DNA of 64,000 nucleotides from Felis catus (lineage: Eukaryota). The DNA is taken from NCBI RefSeq assembly GCF_018350175.1, contig NC_058368.1, positions 231,696,001 to 231,760,000 on the forward strand. Reading direction: 5' to 3'. Each line of letters starts with the position of its first letter. The stretch's first letter is position 1. This document shows, piece by piece, positions 1 through 10,782 of this stretch. A model generated the notes under the pieces. It saw only the letters and a program-made list of their open reading frames with translations, made no database searches and was not told the DNA's origin. A program made the position numbers and the translations under genes.

Positions 1-40
1 AAACAGTCTCAGCAAGGAGGACAGTGGTAGTGTGTCACCA

Positions 41-63
41 GGGGGCGTGCCCAGGTATAAATA
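41..63 (+). promoter_or_regulatory. Candidate GC-box plus TATA-box motif pair
   Basis: GGGGGCGTG (41-49, SP/KLF-like) lies just upstream of TATAAATA (56-63). Motif match only; no transcript evidence. Confidence 0.15.
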
Positions 64-3000
64 GGGGGCCCCGTTAAGGGCAAAGCGGTGTCACAGATGA
101 TCAGAAAGGCAGAAAAAGCTGGCCGTGGGCACCACCTCCTCCATCATGGTGTGTGGTCAGAGGTCAGTGGCCAGGCTGCCCCACCTGCCAGCACCCCCCC
201 TGGGACAGACCCTCAGTGTTGAGTGACCACTCTGATGTCGGAGACCGTGGGCCTCTCGGGGTGAGGCTATCCCTCAGGCAAGGGGATGAGTTCCTCTTTC
301 TTAGCGCTCCTGTTGCTGTGTCCGATGGCTGTCCTTGCTGGACAAAGGCACACGTGCATGGCGAGCCTCGCCTGGGGGTCGGTCATACCTGGGTCCATCC
401 TGGCTTCCTTTGTGTGACTTTTTGTTAAGACGGGATAAAACGGTAAGGGTGAGAGGGAAAGCAAGGTGGTGAGACCTGTGGCATACAGGTGGATGCTTGG
501 TTTCCTCCTCCTTGACCAGGAGGGAGCCCTGGTCTGGTCTTGTTGGTCAGCACTGCTCTGTCTCCTGCCCACGTTCGGGGAGCTCTCCTCAGTATAGAGG
601 GGAGCAGATCACAGGGCCCCTCAGGTCTCGCCACTCAGGGCTGGGAAGGGTCCAAGAGGGTTTTCTGATGGGCCACCTCCGTGCTGATTCCACTTCCTGG
701 GAAGGGGCTTCTCTGTTCCTCACCCCCTGCCTCCCAGCAGCCCCCACCCCGCCTTCACTACTGGGCTGGGCTGGTAGCACAAGCTTCTGTAAATCCGAGT
801 CAATTAGTTGTGTGCGCACTTGATTTCCACCAGACTTCTTAAAGAGTTCCGATCTTTTTTCTCCCTTGAATATTTGAACACACATGATGGCGTTCCTTGG
901 CAGCGACTGTCTAGGCGAAGTGGGACTATTTTGTCTACAAGTACTTGGCTTTCAGGTAATGGAAGTACTATGTAAACAGAATGCTATATTGGAACTCTGT
1001 TCATTTCCCTCCTTAGTTTTTAAACGTCTCCCTTAGGAGACCGAGGAAAGCTGCGCTCAGATCAGATTCGATGTGTACTTGTATTTACGTCCTTTGTATA
1101 TTTCATTTGTATATTTCAGACAACACAGTCGTTATCACCATATGGGTATATTTCACCCGGCGCTGTCTCAGTGTGCAAGAAATAATATTTCTTTGTTTTT
1201 TATCCTTTATAATTTAACTTTGTGGCTCCTTTCCTTTGAGGTGGTAGAAATGTGTCACAGCTTGAGGTTACCCCAACATTTCTGCAGTTGTAGTTGAGCT
1301 CTAGGGGGACTGCGAGAGAAGACAGGGGAGAACCTATCCGGTTCTCAAGATCTCCTGTTGTGTCTCTGGTCCCTGCATTCCAGCCCCTCCCACCGTACAC
1401 GGTTCACCATTTTTGCATGACTCATCTGTAGATCTAATGACTACCCTACATCAGTGCCCAGGATGCCTTCTGCCTCTTCCTGCACACATTAGGCAGCGGC
1501 ATGCCCCTGGGGCTGTGGGAGGTGACTTTTGTGCCTTGCTTGGGTGCACAGAGCCTTCTCCTGTTTCTGCACCAGAACCCCGGGAATTCAACAAGGTGCT
1601 TTAGGCCTTCCAGCAGGACTCGAGGATTTCTACCCTGGGTCTTGCTGCTTCCTTAGCCCCTACCTGGATCCAGTTTCAACCCCCCCCCCCCACCCATTCA
1701 GGGATTTTTGTAGGCACCCCTGAGGCTCAGTCTGTGGAGAGAATGATGCCAGCCTTTGCTCAGGTCTTCCTGCCTTGTAGTTCCAGTGGCTTTCACTGAC
1801 TGCTCTTCTCCCTCGATCCTGAGGAAACTGGTCTTTCCTGGGTGGCGAGGGTAGACAGACTTTTTTACTTGGAACCTCAACTTGTAAAACCCCAAAGCAC
1901 CTCCCTGCTTTCTGCCATAACATTACTTATCTGAGCTCACACAATCTGGTCTCCGTGGTTCTCAAAGGGTCCAAGCAAATGTTGAGGGATGATGTCAGTG
2001 CTGAATAGTATTATCTGAGACAGATAGTTTCTCTCTTTTATTAGCTCTGTCTATTAAATGACCCTTTATTGATGTCCACTTTCTGATGGAAATGTGCTAA
2101 GGTCTTAGAAAACAAAGGTGAATATAACACAATATCTCCTCTCTTTAAGGCTAGCAATTCAAGATGAAAAAAAGAAAAAGAGCCTCCTGGGTGAGACAAG
2201 CTTGATAATAGGGTGTAAACAAGGCACTCTGGTAGGCAGGTGGGCCACCAGCGTGCTATCCAAGCGTCTGCACTGTTTCTTGAGTATCGTTTGGTGCTCA
2301 GGAATCGCTGTGTCCAGAATTTGAAATTACTGCTTTTACCATTGATGCGAGGCAATTGGGTCATACTTCCCGAAGCGATGGAACAACGCAATTTGCAGAT
2401 CCCGTTTTAAACATTGCAAATGTGTCCCTCAGCTGCTCACGGTTTGCATGAAAAACTTTACCCTTAAGTAGGTACACCAGCCTGAAAACAGGTCTTGAAT
2501 GCGTTGTGCAGATTAACACTTTCTTATCAAAGAAAACTTGCCTGATGAATCCTTAGTGTTGATCTTCTGTGTTTAGAAGTCCTAGTTTTAAAATTGAAAA
2601 TCTCCCAGTAGATTTTCGGGTTCCATCACTTAGTTTACCCCTTTGCTAAGGGGTCCCCCCCATCACTATGGACGCCACGTGTTTAGACAGCTCAGTGACT
2701 CAGGTGGCCCGTGATCTTGCCCGCCAGCAAATCACATAAGCACCATGTCGTGTGCAAAATGGACTGCCCAACAGAAAGCTTCCTCTAATCCCAGGGCTTC
2801 ATATATACCTTCGCAGGATCCCGCAATTCTGAACGTATTGATTTTTATCACTGCTTCTGGAAGAATTACATTGCAATCAGTGGAAAGTCCTTTGGGAGAA
2901 GTTTCTCAGTAACTGTTTTCCAATTTTTTTCCCCAACATCTAGCCAGGTGGCACATGGTATGCCCTTAGGATTTGGCCCTGAAGCCATACTAACAGAAAA

Positions 3001-3328
3001 TACTTGCTTGTAAAACTCTCTCGAGGAAAAGTCATTTGTGTTGAAGAAATGAGGTCATTCTTGTACTCATCCAGACCCTGTGGTATCAGGGACTTGTCAG
3101 TTACTACCTGTATTTGGCCCAAGGATAGAATTTGCCTCAGTGGCTCGCTAGAAAGTGCTAGATGTTGCTGATACTACATTTTTAGTTCATACATGATGGG
3201 GCAGAGTTTAAAATCAATTTTTTCCTTTGGAAATAATGATTTGGAAAAAATCTCTTTTTGCACATTGAGTCATTTATTCATGGTCTGTCTCATTGCAAAG
3301 GAAGAAGCCTTAACAAGATGTACTATTT

Positions 3329-3575
3329 GGGGACACCTGGGTGGCTCAGTCAGTTGGGCGTCTGACTTCGGCTCAGGTCATGATCTCCCCGTTTGTGGGT
3401 TTGAGCCCCGTGTCAGGCTCTGTGCTGACAGCTCAGAACCTGGAGCTGCTTCAGATTCTGTGTCTCCTTCTCTCTCTGCCCCTCCCCACTCATGTGCGCG
3501 TGCATGTGCGCATGCATGCGCGCTCTCTCTCTCTCTCTGTGTCAAAAAATAAACATCAAAAAATTTAAAAAAAGA
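3329..3575 (+). mobile_element. CanSINE (SINEC_Fc type), full length
   Basis: GGGGACACCTGGGTGGCTCAGTCAGTT tRNA-like head, GCTCAGGTCATGATCTC, (CT)n linker, AAAAATAAAC tail; degenerate TSD (aagatgtactattt / aaaacgtaatattt). Confidence 0.95.
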
Positions 3576-3799
3576 AAACGTAATATTTCTGCATAATAAA
3601 AGATTTAGGTATATCTAAGAGGCATTTTTAGAAAGCCAAATAAAGGATCAGGGTCTGAAATGAAAATAGAGCCAGAGGGAGCGTCACCGGGTGGACCCTA
3701 CAGTCTTACACATGGTGGGAGGTAGACACCAGTTTGGTTCTAACCATGAGGCCAACAAAAGATGCAAATGAAATCAGCCACCAAGTTGAATTTCAGAAA

Positions 3800-3920
3800 A
3801 TGCTTGAGTCAAGTTTTAAAGGATGAGTAGAGTTTGCCTGGGAGTCAAAGTGAGTAGCATGGTTGGTGAAAGGTAGAGTTACGGGACTCTAGCAAAGGCC
3901 AGAAATGTGCAAACACCTAA
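3800..3920 (-). mobile_element. L2 LINE fragment
   Basis: ttgagtcaagttttaaaggatgagtagagtttgcc...gcaaaggccag resembles antisense L2 3' region; highly diverged. Confidence 0.35.
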
Positions 3921-3979
3921 CAACTTGAGAGGATGGGCCATTCAGAGGATCCCAGGAAGTAGGGAGTAAGGGCGACAAT

Positions 3980-4050
3980 CCATGTACAACACTTACACAC
4001 TTAGCACGGCACCTGACCCAGAAGGTACCTAATAAATGTGACGGTTTCAT
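3980..4050 (+). mobile_element. MIR/L2-type 3' end fragment
   Basis: cacttagcacggcacctgacccagaaggtacctaataaatg resembles the MIR/L2 3' terminus. Confidence 0.5.
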
Positions 4051-4320
4051 TGTCAGTGGTGGTTTGTTGTTGTTGGACGGTGATCGTTCTGTTGGGGTGG
4101 TTATGGTGGTGATCGCGTTGTTGTGGCTGCGAGTTGCTGATAGAGGCCATGGTGGCTTTGTTGTTACTGATGAAGACCGTGGTGATGGTTTTGTGCTGAG
4201 TTTTGGTGGCGGTAGTTAGTGTTGGTGGTGGTGGTGAGAGTGGTGGTGGTTTTCTTGTTGATTTTCGTGGTTTTCGTGGTGGTCATTCTGTTGTTGCTCT
4301 TGGTGGTGGTGGTGATGTTA
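4051..4320 (+). repeat. Degenerate (TGG/TTG)n low-complexity tract
   Basis: About 270 bp dominated by GGT/GTT triplets; explains the Thr-rich (4164-4358, -) and Gly/Val-rich (4203-4439, +) ORFs. Confidence 0.85.
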
Positions 4321-4660
4321 GTGTGAGAAATCATCTGTGGCTGGACCACACGGGACAAGAATGGCTGGGGTTCAGGCTGGTCTTACCTCTTCAGTTGGAT
4401 TGCTCTATGTTCATAAAAATGTACTCTTGGCCTATGTGACTCGATGGGAAGATGGGTAATAAGATTTTGTCCCCTGAAGGCCTGCGATGACCAGTGTACT
4501 TTTCCCCTTAGGAAAAGACTAGAGGCCCATGATGATTAGGCGGTGAAATCTTAGAGCCTCGGAGCTATAGCTCAGCTGTTGTTTGACAAAGAATCCACGC
4601 AATCTTTGTGGCAACAACGGAGAACGAACCGTTGAAACTCTTCCCAAGATCTAAGAAATC

Positions 4661-4858
4661 TAGATGGCTCAGTCCATGAAGCATCTGACTCTTGATCTTG
4701 GCTCAGGTCATTTCTTGTGGTTCCTGAGTTTGAGCCCTGCATTGGGTTCTGTGCTGATAGTGCGAAGCCTGCTCGGGATTCTCTCTTTCTCCCTCTCTCT
4801 GCCCCTCCCTTGCTTTCTCTCTCTCTCTCAAAATTAATAAATTAATTTTTTTTTAAAA
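4661..4858 (+). mobile_element. Older CanSINE, 5' end eroded
   Basis: GGCTCAGTCCATGAAGCATCTGACTCTTGATCTTGGCTCAGGTCA...GCCTGCTCGGGATTCTCTC, (CT)n and A/T-rich tail. Confidence 0.9.
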
Positions 4859-5359
4859 GCCAGTGATTGCCCAGCCCACCCACAAGGGGAGAAGGGTGTG
4901 CAGAGAGGTGGGGACCTTGGGAGCCATTTTAGAGGCTTCCTAGCACAGAAGCTGGTCAATCTTTGACTGTGATTATTACGGTTCCTTACCAGGTACTATC
5001 TCGTATATGCTGAAGACAGCATAGCAGAGCAGAAGTGTTTGTGGTTTTTTTTTTTCCTTGAAAAATACATAAAGCTTTTGTGAAGTCATTTTTGGGGGAC
5101 CTATTAGATAAATCTTCAATTATGTTCTGTTTCTTTCTCCTTCAATTCCCTATTCCCTAATTACCCAGGGCAAGAGAAGGCCTTTAACCAGTGAGTGTAA
5201 ATTCTCCATTAATTAGAAACATTCACTATCCTTTGTAGGGGTGAGCTAAAAATATTCAAAACTAAATTTGTCAAAGTTGAGTAACACATCTGTAGAAGAT
5301 AAGCAAGAAAGGGGGAAAAATCCAGCAACACTCAAAACATAATGATGATGGTATCTTTT

Positions 5360-5575
5360 TTTTTTTAATTTTTTTTTAATGTTTATTTTTGAGACAGAGA
5401 GAGACAGAGCATGAACGGGGGGAGGGTCAGAGAGAGGGAGACACAGAATCTGAAACAGGCTCCAGGCTCCGAGCCGTCAGCACAGAGCCCGATGCGGGGC
5501 TGGAACTCACGGACCGCGAGATCATGACCTGAGCCAAAGTTGGCCGCCTAACCGACTGAGCCACCCAGGCACCCC
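5360..5575 (-). mobile_element. CanSINE (SINEC_Fc), full length
   Basis: Reverse-complement SINE ending CCACCCAGGCACCCC; perfect TSD gatgatggtatctttt at 5344-5359 and 5576-5591. Confidence 0.97.
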
Positions 5576-5919
5576 GATGATGGTATCTTTTGTTTGACTT
5601 TTTGAAAGATTTTATTTATTCAGTGCATACTGGTTAGTCCGGACAGTCGGAGCTTTTAACAGTCTTCGGTTTCACCCTTCTAGAACTCTGCAAACTTGGG
5701 AAGGGTCTTATTTTCTAGATGAAAGAATGCAGTCTCAGGAGAATTAGGATGACAAAGGTCAGCGGCGTTACAGGCGGCGTAGCCCAGCCTAACTTCAGGG
5801 TCTCTGTACTTTACAGCCCCTCCACCCTTCTGGTTTTGGAACCCACTTTTGTGTACAATTTCATCTACAGTTTGCCTCTGGACCATTTCAAAAGACAAAT
5901 GCACTTAAAAACGTATGGA

Positions 5920-6152
5920 GGGGCGCCTGGGTGGCTCGGTCGGTTAAGCGTCCGACTTCGGCTCAGGTCACCATCTCGCGGTCTGGGAGTTCGAGCCCCG
6001 CGTCGGGCTCTGGGCTGATGGCTCGGAGCCTGGAGCCTATTTCCGATTCTGTGTCTCCCTCTCTCTCTGCCCCTCCCCCGTTCATGCTCTGTCTCTCTCT
6101 GTCCCAAAAATAAATAAAAACGTTGAAAAAAAATTTTTTTTTAAAAATAAAA
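5920..6152 (+). mobile_element. Young CanSINE (SINEC_Fc), full length
   Basis: GGGGCGCCTGGGTGGCTCGGTCGGTTAAGCGTCCGAC head, CpG-rich body, GTCCCAAAAATAAATAAAAACGTTG tail; no TSD visible. Confidence 0.97.
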
Positions 6153-6389
6153 GCCTCCCTTAATGTCTCTTCCAGGTGGCACGTCTCTCAGCTCCCTTCC
6201 TGACACCTGTGCTCACCAGTTCCCCCCACCCCCTGCCGTGAGGAACCCTGGTCCCCAGCAGCTCCTGCCCAGCATGCCCGCATCATTTCAGGGGTGATGT
6301 ACCCGGGGCAAGAGCCGTTTGAAACACTTTCCGAATGAGTTCATACATTTTAACCCCAGAGGGTTCCAGGGTCACCCCTTGCCTGTAGC

Positions 6390-6801
6390 CACTCTTTCCC
6401 GGGAGCCTTTGCGGTTCTCCCCACTGGACACAGAGCATCCTTCTCCGCCCCTGGACTCGGAGTTTGACCAGGTGATTTTCTTTGGCAAATGGGATGTGAG
6501 TAGACATGCCAATGAGCCAGTTTGGGGCCCGGGCCTCTGGAGACATGACACAATTCCATTTGCTCTCTTGTCTCCTGCCTTTGCCGTAGGAATGTGTCCA
6601 GCTACCTCGCTGTTCCGCAGAGGATGAGCCGCACACAGAGCCGACCTGGACCTAACCCACAGCTTAGGGCCAAGTCGGGTAAATCTCCATGGAGATGAGC
6701 CAAACTCTGCCAACACACAGACCTATGAGCGGAAAAGCTTTAGGTTGAACGCTACGGAGATTGTGTAGTTATTTTTTCTTCAGCAAGAGCTGAGTGATAG
6801 A
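6390..6801 (+). mobile_element. MaLR solo LTR (MLT1G/H-like)
   Basis: ccgcccctggactcggagtttgaccaggtgattttctttggcaaatgggatgtg...gccagtttggggcccgggcctctggagac resembles old MLT1 LTRs; ends cagcaagagctgagtgataga. Confidence 0.6.
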
Positions 6802-7422
6802 CTCAGGTTCACCGGTGTTTAACGATCAGCCATTTAACCGTTTGTCCCGTTTGCAGTATTTGGAGCCATGAACATAGAAGAATATTCCCAGGGAGAACAT
6901 GTTGAGGAGAGAGAGACTCAAGTAAAGAATCTTGGGAAACACATTCTCGGGAGGAGCAGAGGAGGAAAAGCAAAGAAAGGAAGGCTAAAGCAGGTGGTCA
7001 TAAAGATGAGAAGGAACAGTGGCTGGAGGTTAAGGAGGTATTGATTTCTAAGAAGCAAGGGACCAGAAGAGGCCAATTCTACAGACACCCAAGCGAGACA
7101 AAGATTTGAAGAACTCCCGCTGGATTTTCTGTTCAGGGATGCACAGGGACCTTTCACCAGAATCGATTTCAGTGAAGTAAAGACGAAGGGTCAGTGACAG
7201 TGAATTGCAGGGTGGATCCGAGGTGAGGAATCCGAGGTAGTGAAGAGTGAACGGCATCGTTTCCATGACGTTCTTTGCAAATAATTTCACATTCACAAAG
7301 GCTACAAAAACAAAAATCATACTCTTTACCCAGGTTCACCTGTTTTTTTATCCATTTACACTATCTTTCACCATATATATACACATACACACACACAATT
7401 TTTTTCTGAGCCATTTGAAGAA

Positions 7423-7464
<42 letters not shown>
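7423..7464. repeat. (TG)5(TA)16 microsatellite
   Basis: Directly visible. Confidence 0.95.
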
Positions 7465-7467
<3 letters not shown>

Positions 7468-8420
7468 GTCCTTTGCTACTAAATACTTCAGTGTGTATTT
7501 CCTAAGAATAGGGAATTGTTTTTTATATAACCACAGGACATTATTGATTCTATAGTATTGATTTACAATGATGTCATACTTTTAACTGATCTAATGCCTG
7601 TATCCCAATTTTGTTGGTTGACCTAATACTAACGTCCTTGATAACATTTTCCCTCTCCAGCACAGGGTCCAATTCAGGATCAGGTGTTGCATTTAGTTGT
7701 CATGGCTCTTTAGCCTTCTGCATTCTGGAACAGTCCCACGGTTCTTCGCCTTCTATGGTATTGAATTTTTTAAAGAATACAGGCCTCCCCTTCACTTTTT
7801 AAACAGAATGTTCCGTATTTTATGCTTGCCTGATGTGTCCTTGGGTTAGGCTGAGGTGCCTTCTCAGCCACCTTCTTAGCAGGTAAAATGTCCTGCTAAG
7901 ACATCACACCTCAAAGCACATGGTATGCCCGTCTGTCCCACACAGGTGATGTCAACGTTGGTCACCTGCTCAAGGTGTTGCCTAATTTTTCCACTGTAAA
8001 ACTGCTACTTTCTCCCTTACAACAAATAACCAGTCCGTGGGGAGACACTTTAAGACAATCCAAACTATCTTGTTCCTCAACAAAATTTCTCCTAGACTAA
8101 GTACCATTGATGATTAGACAGCCATCGGTGACTGTTGTCCAATCAGATATTTACCATGTTGGTTGCAGATTTCCCTGGCCCAGCATGCCCTTTACTGGCA
8201 GCCCATAGCACCCTAACATCGGCAAGAGACCTCTGTTCTCCCGTATTCATTCATTTATTCATTCACTTATTTATTCATGTATGTATTATGCTATGATTTT
8301 CTGGCTTCTTAATGGTTTATAATTCATTACCGTACTTAATCATTTTAGCGCTCAGACACTCCATATTAGGCCAGTGGGAGCTCTTTCAATTGGCTCCTCT
8401 GTCCTTGTGACAGGTCCCAT

Positions 8421-8421
<1 letters not shown>

Positions 8422-8449
<28 letters not shown>
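8422..8449. repeat. Poly(T)28 homopolymer
   Basis: Directly visible. Confidence 0.95.
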
Positions 8450-8452
<3 letters not shown>

Positions 8453-8850
8453 TTCCTTAGTTTCTGGACAAACAGAGTGATCTGGGCTTATCTTGTAGCT
8501 ACCCTGCCACAGACCTGAAATTAGCCATTTCTCCAAGGTGTCCTGGTTGCTTTTAGTGGGAAATGGTATTAGAGACCAACCTCTGGGCCCTCGATGTGCT
8601 CTTTGATAAATGTACCCACACACATACATACGTATACATATATTGAAGCACCTATAAGCACGTATATACGCATACACACACGCAGTTTTGAAATATGAGC
8701 TCCCAGTCCACTCTAATACTGCCGATTCCAATTCATCCCCGTAAGGTTCTTTCTTGCCTTCTCCATTTCCTTCATATACCTGTCACTTCTTCCATAATGA
8801 GGATTCTGGCTCCCCAAAATAGTAACATATTTACTAACTTGCTCAGTCTT

Positions 8851-9075
8851 CTTAAATTTTTTTTTCTTTTTTAATGTCTGTTTACTTTTAAGAGAGAGAG
8901 AGAGTGTGAGTGGAGGAGGGGCAGAGAGAGAGACACACACACACAGCATCCGAAGCAGGCTCCAGGCTCTGAGCCGTCAGCACAGAGCCCGACACGGGGC
9001 TCGAACTCATGAACCTTGAGATCATGACCGGAGCTGAAGTGGGACACTTAACCGACTGAGCGACCCAGGCGCCCC
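8851..9075 (-). mobile_element. CanSINE (SINEC_Fc type)
   Basis: Reverse SINE ending CCCAGGCGCCCC; TSD taacttgctcagtctt (8835-8850) / taagttgctcagtctt (9076-9091). Confidence 0.96.
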
Positions 9076-9149
9076 TAAGTTGCTCAGTCTTATAATGTAT
9101 CTAAACTACTTCAGAATTGCTTTTTTTATACTGCTGTAATAAACCTACT

Positions 9150-10440
9150 GCCCTCTTGTGTCCGGCCCTCTTAGCATAATGTCTTCCACATTTATTGATG
9201 TCACAAGTGACAGGGTTTTCTTCTTTTTACACCCTGAGTAATATTCCACTATATGTCCATAATACATTGTATTAATTTATTTTGAACGTTTTATTTATTT
9301 TTGAGAGACAGCAAGTGTGTGCAAGGTGGGGAGGAGCAGAGAGAGAGGAGGACAGATCTGAAGCAGACTCTGTGCTGACAGCAGAAAGCCCTACGCGGGG
9401 CTCAAACTCAGGAACCATGAGATCATGACCTGAGCAAGTTGGATGCTTAACTGACTGAGCCACCCGGGCACCCCATCCATAATACATTTTTAATTCATTC
9501 TTCCACTGAAGACATTTAGGTTGCCTTCATGTCTTGACTATTGTGGACAACGCTGCCAGGAGCATAGGGGAGCAGCTACCTCCTCAAGATTATGATGTCA
9601 ATTCCTCTGGATATATAGCTAGAAGTGGGATTGCAAGATCATACTGTGGCTCTAGTTTTCATTTTTTGAGGACTCTCCATACTATTTCCTGTAACGACTG
9701 CACGAATTTACATCCCCACCAACAGTGTATATTCTCTTTCCTCCACATCCCCACCAACACTTCTTAGACCCCTTGTCTCTGTCATACTAGCCATTCTGAC
9801 AAACATGAGGTAATATCTCCTTGTGGTTTTGATTTGCATTTCCCTATTAGTGACGTTGAGCACATATGTGTTGGCCATTGATATGTCTCCTTTGGAGAAA
9901 TGTCTACTTAGTTTCTTTCCCAATTTTAAAATTTAGTTACTTGTTTTTTTTTTTTGCTATTGAGTTGTAGGGTTCCTTATATATTTTGCATATTAAAGCT
10001 TTATTAGATATACGCTTTACAAACATTTTCTCCCATTCTGTAGGTTACCTTTCCATTTGTCGATTATTTCCTTTGCTGGACAAAAACTTTTTATGTAGTC
10101 CCACTTGTTTATTTTTGCTTTTGTGGTTGGCGCCTTGGTGTCATATCCAAAAAATCATTGCCAAGGCCAATGTCAAAAAATTTTTCCCTTGTGTTTTCTT
10201 CTAGAAAATTGATAAATTCAGGTCTTTTGTTTAAACCGAATCCATTTGAGTTGACTTGTAATATATTTTGAAATCAGGAAGTGTGATACCTCCAGCTTTG
10301 TTCTTTTTCCTCAAAACTGATTTGGCTACTCAAGGTCTTTTGTTGTTTCGTATAAATTTTAGGATTGTTTTTTCTATTTCTGTAGCAACTCCCATTAGGA
10401 TTTTGATAGAGATTGCATTGAATCTATAGAGGACTTTACA
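9150..10440 (-). mobile_element. LINE-1 ORF2 C-terminal remnant (L1MA/L1_Carn-like), interrupted by a SINE
   Basis: ORF 9708-9923(-) reads RHFSKGDISMAN...REMQIKTTRRYYL...VGGDVEERE, the L1 ORF2p C-terminal signature; degenerate. Confidence 0.9.
9269..9474 (-). mobile_element. CanSINE inside L1
   Basis: Reverse SINE; TSD tccataatacatt at 9256-9268 and 9476-9488. Confidence 0.95.
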
Positions 10441-10594
10441 CCTTCACATGTTTTTTCATAAACTAGTTACACGAATCCTTTATCTTCTATGTATGTTGTA
10501 AATATTTTCTTTCCATTTGTCATTTTTTGACTTTGCTTATGTTGTATTTATGCCATCCCAACTTTTTATTTTATTTTATTTTTGTGTAGTTAAA

Positions 10595-10674
10595 TGTGTC
10601 AATCTTTGATTGCATTTAATTTCAAGTCATAATTTGTGTCAATCTTTGGTTGCATTTAATTTCAAGTCATAATT
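10595..10674. repeat. 40-bp tandem duplication (2 copies, 1 mismatch)
   Basis: tgtgtcaatctttg[a/g]ttgcatttaatttcaagtcataatt at 10595-10634 and 10635-10674. Confidence 0.95.
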
Positions 10675-10745
10675 AGCAAGCCTTTCTACTATACCCACAT
10701 TATGGGAGAATTTACCCCTGTTTGCTTCTAATATATATATATATG

Positions 10746-10750
<5 letters not shown>

Positions 10751-10780
<30 letters not shown>
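10751..10780. repeat. (CA)15 microsatellite
   Basis: Directly visible; preceded by a short (TA)n. Confidence 0.95.

Positions 10781-10782
<2 letters not shown>

Larger units (their letters stand above)
7265..9140 (-). mobile_element. Old LINE-1 3' UTR (L1MC4/5-like), interrupted by a SINE
   Basis: ggtccaattcaggatcaggtgttgcatttagttgtcatggctctttag and ttagccatttctccaaggtgtcctggttgcttttagtgggaaatggtattagagacc match recalled L1MC 3'-end motifs. Confidence 0.75.

Noticed and set aside
4164..4439. Thr-rich mucin-like and Gly/Val-rich ORFs
   Set aside because: Direct products of the (TGG/TTG)n low-complexity tract.
5920..6010. tRNA gene (A-box and GTTCGAGCC B-box)
   Set aside because: This is the tRNA-derived head of a CanSINE continuing into SINE body and tail; the same applies to all other copies.
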